Assembly (NCBI GenBank): GCA_013115145.1
Contig: JAAPAO010000109.1
Coordinates: 10,816-74,815, forward strand
From: Perkinsus chesapeaki ATCC PRA-425
Taxonomy: Eukaryota > Protista > Perkinsozoa
DNA: 64,000 nt
Reading direction: 5' to 3'
Shown: positions 30,001 through 42,534 of the stretch, in pieces
Layout of the letters: every line of letters starts with the position of its first letter
Numbering within the stretch: position 1 is the stretch's first letter
Notes under the pieces: generated by a model
The model's input: only the letters and a program-made list of their open reading frames with translations
Databases searched by the model: none
What the model was told of the DNA's origin: nothing
Position numbers and translations under genes: made by a program

Positions 30001-33000
30001 GATACGGTGGACCCGAGCCGAGTTACGGAGAATAGACTAGTCGATGAACCAAATCGAGCTGCAGCTCTGAGGGAGAGAGCAGACCCCATAGTGACGCTAT
30101 CCAACGATGACATAGTGCTGCCGAATCTAGCCATACCAAGTAATGATAATTCACTTCCTAACCTTATCATAGACCTTAATGACATAGTGCTGGCTAAAGA
30201 TACATGATCAAGTGTAGATATCGTAAGCCCTAGCCTAGTCCAGCCTTGCACTGAGAGTGTTGATCCAAGCCTCATTATGGACCTCAATGAGGCAGAACTG
30301 CCGAGGTTGAGGAAATCAAGCACTGAGAGTGTAGACCCTAGACGAGACATTGAGAATACCGACAAGTCACTGCCGAGTCTGCAGCTGTTGCGCACCGATA
30401 AAGTGCTTCCTAACATAAGGAAGTCCAGTATAGATGCTGCACTGCCGAGGGAGGAGAAGGAGCGAATTGATAGTGAACTTCCCATACTCGCATAATCAAG
30501 AACGGACATGCCACTTCCCAATCTAGTAGTCGAAAGTACAGAGAAGTAGTCGCCTAGATGGACTCTGTTAAAAACTGACGTGGTGCTGCCAAGACGAGCG
30601 AAGGCTCGGAGGGATAATGAGCTGCCAAAGTTGCTCAAACCGAGGACGGTTACTGAATCACCAAATCTAGCCCATCCCAGAGCAGAGAGGTTACTGCCTA
30701 GTCTAGACATGGCTCGAATAGATAGACTGCTGCCTAACTTAACCAGGTCTAACACTGACAGACTGCTGCTTAAACGCTGGCGTGCTACTATAGATAGATC
30801 ACTGCCAAGCCGTACTAGGTTCCTAACAGATAGGGAACTGCCAAGTGTTAGCCAGTCCAGCACTGATAAGGAGCATCCAGCTCTAGATATACTGAAGATG
30901 GAGCATGTACTCCCCAGCCTAGTATATGAACGTACACTCATACAGGAGCCGAACTCCAATACACCAGCACATGATACCTTAACACCAAAGTTAGCTTGAC
31001 CATAGCAGGATAAAGAGCTACCGAATCTCATAAACGTTTGAAGAGAAAGAGAGCTACCCAATGTAAGGCTATCAAGTACCGATAATGAGCTACCTAGTCT
31101 TGCAATACTGAACAATGATATTGAACTACCAAGGCGAGCAGCACCACGCAGAGACAGTGAACTGCCAAGGTTAAGATAGTCGAGTACTGACGCTTTGCTT
31201 CCTAGGCGAGCTAGACTACGAAGTGATAGTGAACTTGATAGAGCAACTTGGTCTATAACTGATGCAGTACTGCCCATTCTAAGCCATCCTAACACTGAAA
31301 GATTATCACCAACATGTACAGTAGAGAAGGTGGACAATGTACTGCCTAGCCTACTGAAACCACGCAGTGATAAAGTCGATGATACTGTCATATGACCAAG
31401 GACAGATACTTGAGCTGAGAGCCTACTGCTGCCAAACACAGAGAGGCGGCTACCAAGCCTGAAGACAGATCTAACAGATAGACTACTGCCGAGTTGAAGG
31501 CAATCTAGTATCGACATTTGCTCTTGGAATTTAGTCCTTCCATACACTGATATTTCAGAGCCTATTCTACCAACAGCTCGTAATGATAGACCACTACCAA
31601 GCGTGACAGCATCGAACATGCTTAGAGTGCTCCCTAGTCTAGCTAAGCCATGTAAAGACACAGCACTGCCTTGACGATAGAAGCTCCTTAGAGATAAGGA
31701 GCTGCCAAGGGTAGAATGATCTAAGATAGATACAGTGCTACCCACTGCTATATTAGCAAAGGCAGATAGAGTACTACCCAACCTAACATATGATCGAACA
31801 CTCACTGCTGAACCAAGGCCTGTAAAGTCCAGCACAGATACAAGAGAACCCATACGAGCATAGCTATAGACAGAGAAGATACTGCCAAGTCTCATCATAC
31901 TACGTAATGATAGGGTACTGCCAAATTGGGCATAATCTAATAGTGATGTACTAGACCCTAGCCTACTGCAGCTGTATAGTGACATAGTACTACCAATACG
32001 ACCGTAGGACCGAAGAGAGAATGAACTACCCAGACCAACATAGTCTAATACAGAGAGAGAACTGCCAAGCCTTGCAAGGCTGAATACAGATATCTTGCTC
32101 CCTAACTTGATGAAGCTACCGATAGAGCAAGAGCTACCAAATGTTGCGTAGTCAAGCACAGAAAGGCTACTTCCAAAGCGAACAAGGCCAAAGACGGACG
32201 CAGTACTGCCAAGTCTGGCGAACGATCGGATACTCAACGAGGAGCCCATTGCCATAAAATCAAGGACCGATGCAGCAGCACCCATTCTGCAGCCGGTATA
32301 GAGAGAACAGGCGCTTCCCATACGGGTGATGGACCGTAGGGAGATAGCAGATGATATCTCTACTGCTCCGATAACACTCAAAGATTCTCCTAGCTTAGCC
32401 CAGCCATACACTGATATGGTACTGCCGAGCCTTGAGAAGGAATTTACTGAGATAGAGCTACCCAGTCTAAGCCTATCAAGTACAGATAGAGTCGCTGCGA
32501 ATCTGGCAGTACTGAATACCGATATACCGCTACCAGCCCTAATGGCACCACGAAGGCTTAAACTACTGCCATAATTAGCAAAGTCAAGTACTGTTAGTTT
32601 GCTACCCATCCTAGCAAAGCTTCTTAAGGACAAGCTGCTTGCTAGGGTGCTGGCATCTAAGACACTTAGGGCCTCACCTAGGCGAGCAACGCTTAGAGCT
32701 GACACAGAGCTACCCAGCCGAGTGACTCCACGGAGTGATAGAGTGCTACCAAGGTGAAGGTAATCCAGTACCGACGCTGACATACCCAAGCGGCTGAGCC
32801 CAAACAGAGACATAGCAGAGCCTAAACGAGCAGTCTTTCGGACAGATAACGAGCTGCCTAGTTGCAGGTAGTCCAATACAGATAGAGACAAGCCAAGCCT
32901 TGCTTCTGACAAAATTGATAGCGAGCTGCCTAGTCTACCAAACTGCCTCAAGGATAAGGAGCTACCACAGAGGGAACACTCCATAGCCGAGATCGCTGCA

Positions 33001-36000
33001 CCCAACCTAGTGGTGGAGAAGATAGATGTTCCACTGCCAACACGAAGGTAGGACCGTAACGATATACTACTGCCTAGATTAGCAAAGGCCAGCACTGAAA
33101 CAGTACTGCCCATACGAGCTAAGCTGAAGAGGGATAGTGTACTCCCAAGACGGCAGAAACCTCTTAGAGATAGAGTGCTACCTACTCCAGTGTAGTCAAG
33201 GATAGATGTACTGCTAGCAAGGCGTGATAAACCAAAGACAGATAAGGCACTACCCAGCCTAACAGCAGCACGAAGAGACAGCGCCGAACCGACATTGATA
33301 TATCCCAATGTGGATAGGCTACTCCCCAATCTAGCTACCGCTAATGCTGTAATAGTGCTACCCAGTCTAACAAAGCTTTTAGTAGAGAACGTACTACCCA
33401 TATTAATAAAGTCTAGTGTTGATACAGTACTGCCTAATCTTTGCATAGAATAAACCGACATGGTTGATCCTAGCCTTATGTAAGATCGTATGGAATAGGC
33501 ACTTCCCATATTAACAAAGTCCAGGATTGACAGCGAGCTGCCTAACCTAGCAATGCTATACAGTGAAGCAGTCGAGCCTAGGCGGATGAAAGACCTTATT
33601 GATAGGGAGCTACCAACTGACTCATAATCAAATATTGATATACTGCTACCAAGCCGACTCAAGCCATAGATAGATATAGCACTACCAAAACGAGAGAAGG
33701 AGCGAAGAGACATCGCGCTCCCTAGCTCAGTCATATCCAATATGCTTAGATTACTGCCTAGTCTACTCATGGAGAATACACTGCATTGGCTACCCATACG
33801 GAAATACGATCTTAGAGAGCAGGCACTGCCAAGATTGGCAAAGTCGGCTATCGATGCGGTGCTACCATATCTAGCCAAACCAAACACTGATAGATAGCTA
33901 CCCATTCTTGCAGTAGATCGAATAGACATTGAACTACCCAGTGTGGCCACATCAATAGCAGACATTGCTGAACCGAATCTAGAGATACTAAATATCGATA
34001 CAGCACTACCCATACGGAATAAGGCACGTAAGGATAGACTACTGCCAAGGGCTACAGCATTCAATACCGACATCTCATGGCCTAAACGAGCAACACCGTA
34101 AAGGCTACAGGTGCTACCCATTCTATTAAAGCTTCTCAAAGAGCATGCGCTACCAAGTGTAGTGGCATCTAGTATACTCAAAGTGTTACCATACCGGCTA
34201 GAGCCGAATATAGAAAGGCCACTTCCCATACGAAGTAGGGCTCTTATTGATGTAGAGCTTCCGAGGTGAAGGAAGTCCAATACAGATAGGCCTTTGCCAA
34301 GCCTTGACGTATCATAAACTGATAAGTAGCTGCCCAGCCTCACTAGACCACGTAGAGAGAGACTACTGCCAAGATGAGCGTTATCAAGTACAGATAACTC
34401 ATGGCCTAGACGTGCTTGACATAGTACAGATACCGAGCTACCTAGCCTACTAAACCCTCTTAAGGATGTAGAGCTTCCTAAGAGGACATAGTTTAGAACC
34501 GATACGGAGCTACCGATTCGTGCACATCCAAGGACAGATAGAGCACTTCCCAATCTCTGGAACTTAGCGAGTGATACAGCAGAGCCTATATTAACGTAAT
34601 CCAGCACGGACACCGTAGAAGCTATCCGTGTTAAACCAAAGATAGACATTGCCGATCCTATCCTTCCAAAGCAACGGGTTGATATTGAACTACCTAAAGA
34701 GGTATAGTCAAGTATGGTAACACCAGCAGTGGCAGCACGTAGAGAGCTAAGACCAAATATCGATACACTACTGCCCATTCTGGTGAAGCTACGAAGGGAT
34801 AGAGCACTGCCTAGATGTATTCTAGATAGGATAGACACAGAGTTGCCAAAGCGTGCAATACCATGGATAGAGGCTGCACTACCTAGTCTAGAAAGGGAAC
34901 GTAACGAACATGAACTAGCCATACCAGTAAAGCCTAATACTGATAGACTACTACCGCCTCTAGCAATACCCCAAATAGATAAGGCTGATGATAGACGGGC
35001 AAAGCTACGCAGTGATACCGAGCTACCAAGGTCTGCCCAGTCTAAGATTGATAGCGAGCTTCCAAAACGGGAAGCAGCAAAGATAGACACTTGGCTGCCA
35101 AACCGGCTGAATGCTCTGACTGATAGTGAACTGCCTAGTTTAGCATATCCCAAGGCTGACAGGCTAGTACCAGCTCTCATAGAGCCGTACACAGATGCAG
35201 TACTCCCCAAACGGAAGCTCGACCTTAGAGATAGAGAGCTCCCTAAAGTAACATAGTCAAGCACTGATATAGCACTGCCAAATCTGGTCATACTAAACAA
35301 TGATGCACCACTACCAAGTCGAGCAAGTCCTCTCATAGAGCAGCTGCTACCCATTGTAAGGAAGTCTAATACAGTAAGTGATCCACCAAGTCTTTGGATA
35401 GTATAGGTAGACAATGAGCTGCCTAGTCTAACATGCTGCCTGACTGATAGGCTACTACCAAGGGCTAGGTAGTCTAATAGTGAGAAGCTACTAGAGAATC
35501 TAGCACCTCCAAGCACTGATAGACCACTCCCTAAACGCTGCATAGATCTTACTGATAGGGAGCTACCGAGATGGACAAAACCCACACTTGATAGAGAACT
35601 ACCAAGCCGTGCTAAGCCAAGGATGGAAGTGGAGCTACCAACACGTGAAAAACAACGCATTGAGAGAGCACTTCCTAAGTGAGAGAAATCTAATATTGAC
35701 ATCGAACTACCAAAACGGGCACAATCAAAGATAGATAGAGTACTGCCTATCCTCAATAAGTTCCTTAGTGATAGTGAGCTCCCCAGAGTACACCAGTCGA
35801 GGGCAGATAGAGAACTACCAAAGCGACCAAGACCATATGCAGACATCGCACTACCAAGTCGACCAAATGTACGTAACGATAAGGAGCTACCAAGAGCTAT
35901 GCATCCCAATGCTGATAGGGAACTACCCATCCTTTGGGTGCCAAATACAGATAATGCCGATCCAAGACGAGAGAAGGCGTACAGTGATAGTGAGCTACCC

Positions 36001-37800
36001 AAGTTAACAAAGTCTAGGACACTGAGTGCACTACCAACTCTAGTTATACCAAGAGCAGATAGTGCACTACCTAAACGAGAGAAGCTTCTTAAGGATAACG
36101 ATGATGCTAGATCACCAGCGTCAAGTACTGACATACTACCCCCTATACGAGCCTTAAAGTAAGCACTTATACCACTACCAAGTCGTTGAATACTACGTAG
36201 TGACATAGAGCTACCAAGTTGAAGGAAATCAAGTAATGACATACTACTGCCTAATCTTGCACCACCAACTGCAGATAGAGTGCTACCCATTCGATAACTG
36301 CTACGAAGAGATAGTGAACTACCAATCATAGCAAAGTCCATAACACTCATAGCAAGTCCCATACGAGCACTACCAAAGAGGCTCAAACCAGATCCTAATC
36401 TAATGTAGTTCCTTAGGGAGAGACTGCTACCAATAGTTAAATGATCCATCATAGATATAGTTCTACCAAACCTTGCCGAACCAAAGATACTACATGAGCT
36501 ACCAAGACGAGCAAAGGTACGTAAAGTAAGGGAGCTGGCTAGCTGTACATAGTCAAGTACCGATAAGGCACTACCAAATCTAGATAAACCAAAGACAGAT
36601 AGAGATGAACCACAACGAGTAAAGGAGTTAACCGATACACTACTTCCTAAACGTGTTTTATCTAGAATGGTTAAAGAGCTACCAAGCCTTACTATACCAT
36701 ATACTGACATGGTACTACCGAGTCTAGCAAATGATCTAATAGATAGACCACTACCATGATTAGTACAGTCTAATATACTCAATGATGAACCTAAACGTGC
36801 CCCACTATATACAGATAGCATACTCCCTAAACGACATTGAGATCTTAAGGATAGACCACTACCTAGTATACCCATATCAAGTAGGGACATAGTACTACCA
36901 AATCTAGCTTGGCTAATGACTGATAGACTACTCCCTAATCTTGATGTACTCCTTACAGACAATACACTACCCATTAGTACAAAGTCCATAACAGATAGAG
37001 AACTGCCTAGACGAGTAGCTGAGTAAAGTGATAGAGTACTACCCATACGGCAGGTAGACCTAAGTGATAAGGCTGAACCAAGGCTACAATGGTCAAGTGT
37101 AGAGGTAGAACTACCAAATAATACCTTAGAGAATACTGATAGAGAACTACCCAAACGTGAATATGAGCGTATTGATAATGAGCTACCAAATGCAATATAG
37201 TTTAGTAATGATAGACTACTGCCTAATCTCACTATACCATACACTGATAGACCTGATCCTAACCTTACAAAGTTCCTTATACTAGCAGCTGATCCTATAT
37301 GTGTATAATCTAATGCAGATATACAACTAGCCATTCTAGTCATACCATATATTGATACAGCACTACCTAATCTACTATAGGATCTCATACTCATACTACT
37401 ACCCATATTAACAAAGTCTAGTATAGTTAATGAACTGCCTAATCTAGCCACACCATAGATACTAGCAGATGAACCGAATCTAGTAAAACTCCTTACAGAC
37501 ATAGCACTGCCCATGTTAACAAAGTCTAGCACTGAACCAGTGCTACCACATCGTATAAGCCCAAATGTGGACACAGTGCTTCCCACACGAAGATATGCCC
37601 TTAAAGATATTGAACTAGCCATTTGAGCAAAATCAAACACAGACAATGAGCTGCCAAATCGAGCTGCTCCGTATCTAAAATAACGTCTTAAGATGCCTAA
37701 TATTATTAGTAAACTTACACTGAGATTGATGATCCCATACGTGCATAGGATCGTAGAGATACTGTTGATCCTAAACCCATCATATCAAATATTGATAAAG
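1..37800 (-). repeat. Coding tandem repeat array, 36-nt/12-aa unit (~1,000 copies), degenerate at DNA level, with 36-48 aa higher-order period
   Basis: Translation gives e.g. LDFVNMGSAMSV RSFTRFGSSASI YGVARLGSSLTI near 37.5 kb and RSFARLGSSLSV AGAAVMAGQLSA VSSVRLGSSLSI LDFSGFGSSLSI near 0.1-0.2 kb. On the + strand it shows as recurring (g)agctaccaag/ctgccaag motifs. Confidence 0.92.
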
Positions 37801-39003
37801 TTGATCCAACTTCAACCTTATTAAACACAGATACCGTGCCTACGAGTACAGTTCAATACAAGGTATATGGCAAGCCTTACCCATGATAGTAACAGGAAAT
37901 GATGCCACACTAAGTGGTCCACCAAGTCTAGTTACATCATTAACTGATACACCACCGTTTCTATTAGGTTCACTAGGATATCCAAACACCTATAAGTAAA
38001 CACTATTGAAAAGATGCTGCTGCTGGTGGTGAGTAGCTATTATATACTTACATTCAACCTATTGGCTATACCAACCAGACTGCCAAAATTGGCAAAGGAG
38101 CGTACACTTAATGATGAGGCTGCCACAATCTAAGTTAACTTTGTATGGTATTTGCATTCATATAATGTTACATAATCCTCCACTGACATCCTCTTCTTTA
38201 TATCAACAGTCTTCTCAAAGGTAGCCTTCCCTAATAACTGTGTTGCACCATTAACCGAAAGTGATGGTCCAACTTCCTCAGGGGGTACCTATATTAATAT
38301 TATTAACCTAATATTATATCCACTTACATAGTCCCCATGTATATAGACAAACCTTCCTATAGATAATGTTGATAAATACACCTATTAAAGAGGAGTATTA
38401 TTTATGAAATTATATAATACTTTACTTCAGCTGATTTAATCTCCATAAAAGTAGTAGTGGTATCCAATCCACTATCTGGTCTTTTAATATGTAAGGCATC
38501 CTTAATCTCAAACTCTCCAGCCATTATATCAAGACCTTGGTATGCTGTAGCCTTCTCATCAAAATGTCTATCAAAAGTATGATCACCACTGTATATTATA
38601 TCACTTACGATTGTCCTCTAACTGATAGACTTCCAGCCAATACCATACCTCTTGTTGTCCTTAATAAAGACATTACCGGTGTTGGATTGTTAGTAGCGGT
38701 AAATCCTAGCTCTCCTTGTTCGTATCTTATAATAGTTATATCTTATAATAATGTTAATAACTACTTACTCAAAGGATGTGGTATCATCAGCTACAATATT
38801 CCATAAACCCACTCCTTTATGACGGAATGTTATACCAGACCCAGATACCGAAGCATCTAGTAGTAATAATATACCCAACAGTTTAATAATCATTATTTAC
38901 CTATCTCTATGCGACCTAGGAACGTTATGGTTCCATCACGTCCGACCAGAACCCATGCGTTAGTAGATGGTAGTAGTTGCAGCAGCAATATTATATAGTA
39001 CAT
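1..39003 (-). CDS. Giant secreted Ser/Leu/Gly-rich 12-aa-repeat protein, >=~12,860 aa, 3' end outside window
   Basis: Hand-spliced minus-strand model: exons 39003-38901, 38856-38769, 38725-38609, 38567-38426, 38381-38328, 38288-38172, 38129-38052, 37989-37881, 37839-37719, then 37674-<1. All nine introns are GT-AG (39-62 nt) and phase-consistent. Starts MYYIILLLQLLPSTNAWVLVG. Hand translation of ~35.4-37.7 kb, 1-600 and spot checks show no stop. The ORF track has no minus-strand call in this frame over 37 kb, as expected if the frame has no stop. The repeat-like plus-strand shadow ORFs all stay in frame +1, so there is no frameshift. Confidence 0.92.
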
Positions 39004-39402
39004 TATATGTACTAACATGCATTTACTTGATTGCCGCAGCTCCGTTATCATAGGTCATTCATGAATTAAGTATAACTATAATCAGACATCCATCAGTAAC
39101 AACCAAGTCAACTACTAATAAGGATCGCATAACAGTGATCCATTACCATACAGTACAAATTACTACTCATCCCAATACTCTCATAAACGGCATACACAAT
39201 GTTGATTGACAAACACAACCGTAATTACAGCCAACAAACCTTCTATCATTCGGAAATTTCCATGGACTCGATCTCTGCGGATCTTGCCATTGTTCGTGCA
39301 ACCCTTGCAGTTAGGTAAAAAGCGCACGCCATTCTGATCGATAATCTTGCGCGGTTCCCGCAATCAGCGCGGGATAGGTGGTCTGGGAGCAAATCGTTGA
39401 TA
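39004..39402. promoter_or_regulatory. Putative bidirectional promoter/5' UTR region between the giant gene and the next gene
   Basis: Lies between divergent ATGs (39003 -, 39403 +). Contains a locally GC/CpG-rich patch (~39240-39400) in an AT-rich neighbourhood. Confidence 0.4.
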
Positions 39403-41252
39403 ATGGCATCTGATTGGGTTATAACATCCGAGTTACGTACTACACTTCATTCAAGGGGGAAAACTAAACCAACACCAAGAATACTTAATAATAATGTAAT
39501 GCATATGTAGCTGTAATGAGTAGTTATATGTTGTTGTTAGACCTTAAGGAGATGCTATAATATAACACATGATATGATAGAAGCACAGAGGAAGGATAGG
39601 GAAGGTATATAATAGTATAGTAAGGGGATAGTGAATTAGTAGGTTATGTACAATACCTTAGACGAGTATTCTCAAAGGAACAACCTTATAAGGTTACATT
39701 AAAGCCTAGTCAAGTCGAGAATAATAGCCCATTACGATATACCAAACCAAATCAAACTATTCATGCAAAAGATAGTGGTGCCTCCTTATCGAGGAAAAAT
39801 GTAAATAGAGAACAAACTACTACAACGGCCAAGCAACGCAGAAGAGAATGGGGGCAGATCCAAAGTAGGCAGCTGGTGGCTGAACTGCTTAATGGGGGAG
39901 GTTGTTAGGGAATGTAGTGGAACAATGTAATGATAAGGACTCGGATGGTAGTAGTATAAGGACCGAGATAAGTACAGAAGTATCAGATAAAGGGAAGGAA
40001 GAGTCTATAGCGGATAATACCTTTGGGAAGGTGTGCTGGTTATTATTGGGGCACCTATAATAAATATTAGTATATTAGATACGTATACTACGGCATCGGC
40101 ATGGGGCAATGGTGAATAAACCACTACTGCATGCGTTCCCTTTAACCCGTGATAATCGGCTACATAGTAATCCGATATCCAAGGATATAAAGATACATGA
40201 GGGACATGCTAATCATCATCACCATCATCCATCTATACAATCCGGCACCAGTGTATTAAATAAGGTTGAAGCTGCTACTAAAGCGAGGGATCATCATACA
40301 GCGAATTCCTATTGTGAGGAACCGGATTCAGAACCACAACGTGTTGAAGTTTCAAGGATTAAAGCACCAATAGTAACAAATACGCACTCTAGAAGGCATA
40401 AAGTAAAGGAGAAAGTGGAAGCACTAGATGCATCACATGTTAAGGAGAGGATAGAAATGCTACTACCAGCTACTTCACCTATTTGTCGACGGTTATTGGG
40501 TGATAAGTGGCATACTCTTAGAGAGGAGGAATCTAAGCTACAGCAATCATTAGTCCGGATAGACGATGGCCAACTTAAAAGGATAATGCCACGTCGTCAG
40601 GAGGAACCAACTTACAAAGATGAACTGCTGTACTGCTGATGCCATCAAGCTACTCAGACAGACTTTACCCGGTTTATTAGGTCATTGAGTAATACTGCAT
40701 TAGAGGATAAGATACGTCTATCATTAGCTAGACTGGAAATGGCATATACTCACCTACAACACCAGCAACATGCTACTGCTGCTACCCATCATCATATTAA
40801 GGATCGTTTAAATACCTGCTCCTGTACTACCTCTACCAAGGTTACCAGACATACACGAACACTACCAAGGGCTCGATATAAAATACCAAGCATCCATCCA
40901 GCATTGATAGCAGCAGGGGGAGGAGGAGAGAAGCATGGTATGTAATATTATAGGGTTTTGATAGTATTAATTATATAGGAAGGTTATCTAGCTATACCAT
41001 CCATCATGGACGACAAAGGGTGGTGTATAAAAGATGATAACATGATAATAACATTACTGTTATATTTCCTGATCTACGTGTCTTCCCGTTTATCACTATT
41101 CATGCTGCTGTTGTTGTTGTCCTCTTAAGTTATAGAGTACCTATTTATATAGTATGTTTGGACAACAGATTAACGGTCCTGGAGCTGCAGCTACACTTAT
41201 ATTAGAGGATCAGATGAAACGAATAGTAACTAATGATGCCAGAATAAAGTAA
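39403..41252 (+). CDS. Hypothetical multi-exon protein
   Basis: Exon 1 MASDWVITSELRTTLHSRGKTKPTPRILNNN (39403-39495) splices in frame to TLRRCYNITHDMIEAQRKDRE and GYVQYLRRVFSKEQPYK. ORF-track pieces 40109-40639 and 40685-40945 are internal exons. Probable last exon ends ...IVTNDARIK* at 41252. No family recognised; 3' structure uncertain. Confidence 0.5.
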
Positions 41253-41305
41253 TAATAATTAGGGAAGGGTGTTTATTATTATACACAAACAGGCATAAGG
41301 AGAAG

Positions 41306-42381
41306 ATGGCTGGGCTAATACCTCGAGGGAATGATTCTCCATTTGGAGACTTTCCATCAGATTATAAGCCTCAAAGGAATCTTATGAATACCATAGGCTT
41401 AGCTAGAGCTAGACCAAAGGTAATGTTAACTATACTATACAACTGAGTAATAACTATGTGGAACTATGTTAGAATATCGAACGAGTTGGTCCTAAAGGGC
41501 CAGCTAGACCAGATTGTATACCACCACCAATAGCTGGGGCATACCGTCGTAAACCTATTAAAGCTACAGAGTTTAGAAGGTTCTATGATAGGGGGGATTT
41601 ACCTATACAGGTGACAAGAGTGGCTTTAGGTAGGTGTAGTTGTTATTATTATAATAGATATCACATGCTGGTACATGGAATAAGATAGCATGGAAAGTTG
41701 ATATAGATAAGTTAGATTATCATCATTATTTACCTATATTCTTTGATGGTATAAGAGAGAAAGAAGAGCCTTATAGGTAGTATTATCAACCCATATCATC
41801 ATCACTTAACATCATATTATATAGGTTTCTAGCTGTACAAGGAGTATATGATTTATTAGAGAGAGGTGGTTCTAGAATATTACCTGTTATACCACAGCTT
41901 ATTATACCTATTAAAACAGCTTTAAATACTAGAGATCCTGAGGTTATTGCTACTACATTAAAGGTAGTACTATTTTAAGTAGTCAGACTATATTGTTATT
42001 ATTATTAATAGATGTTACAATCATTAGTCTTATCTGGTGATATGATAGGTGAGGCTTTAGTGCCTTATTATAGACAGATATTACCTATATTTAATATATT
42101 TAAGAATTCTAATATTCATTCCAAGGATAAAATGGACTATGGTAATACATAGTAGATGTAGCTTCTGAATTATGGTAATATGGTAGGTCAAAGGAAACGA
42201 TTGGTATTGGGGGATCTAGTTGAAGAGACTCTAGAGATATTTGAGATACATGGTGGTGAGGATGCCTTCATTAATATTAAGTATTATTATTATTACTGTC
42301 CTCCATTTAGTACATTGAAATCGCTGTTGTTGTAGGTATATGATACCAACATATGAATCAGTATGTGAAATAGATAAATAG
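41306..42381 (+). CDS. PACRG: Parkin co-regulated gene protein (axonemal inner-junction protein)
   Basis: Spliced translation contains the hallmark PACRG segments [117 protein letters not shown]. Short GT-AG introns. Confidence 0.96.
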
Positions 42382-42534
42382 ATGATGAGATATTATTACA
42401 TGTAATTAAATACCTTCACCCCCACCGCCGCCCCTCGGCTATTGTCGTAATAACAATGTAAAAGAAGAGAAGTGTTATTGTTATGAGTCGTCAATTAGTA
42501 GTAAAAAGTAGTATCTCTCGTAACATAAAAACAT

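Noticed and set aside
10-36162. Dozens of plus-strand ORFs with ELP/RAK/TDR-type repeats, plus short ORFs in other frames
   Set aside because: They are antisense or out-of-frame shadows of the giant minus-strand exon. The repeat-like ones all lie in frame +1, are broken by stops, and often lack ATG starts.
1-37800. CRISPR array, satellite DNA or transposon
   Set aside because: There are no identical direct repeats with unique spacers. Conservation is at amino-acid level with free synonymous variation. No transposase or RT motifs were seen.
1-37800. Homology to bacterial ice-nucleation proteins (SLT-containing repeats with 48-aa period)
   Set aside because: The unit is 12 aa rather than 8/16, and there is no AGYGST or TxT ladder. 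The resemblance is superficial.
39181-39363. 60-aa minus-strand ORF as a first exon of the giant gene
   Set aside because: No in-frame splice to the 39003 exon was found, and that exon has its own ATG and leader. At most a uORF or UTR sequence.
39003-42381. Parallel with the vertebrate head-to-head PARK2/PACRG arrangement
   Set aside because: The giant gene is not a RING-between-RING ligase and another gene lies between the two. Coincidental.
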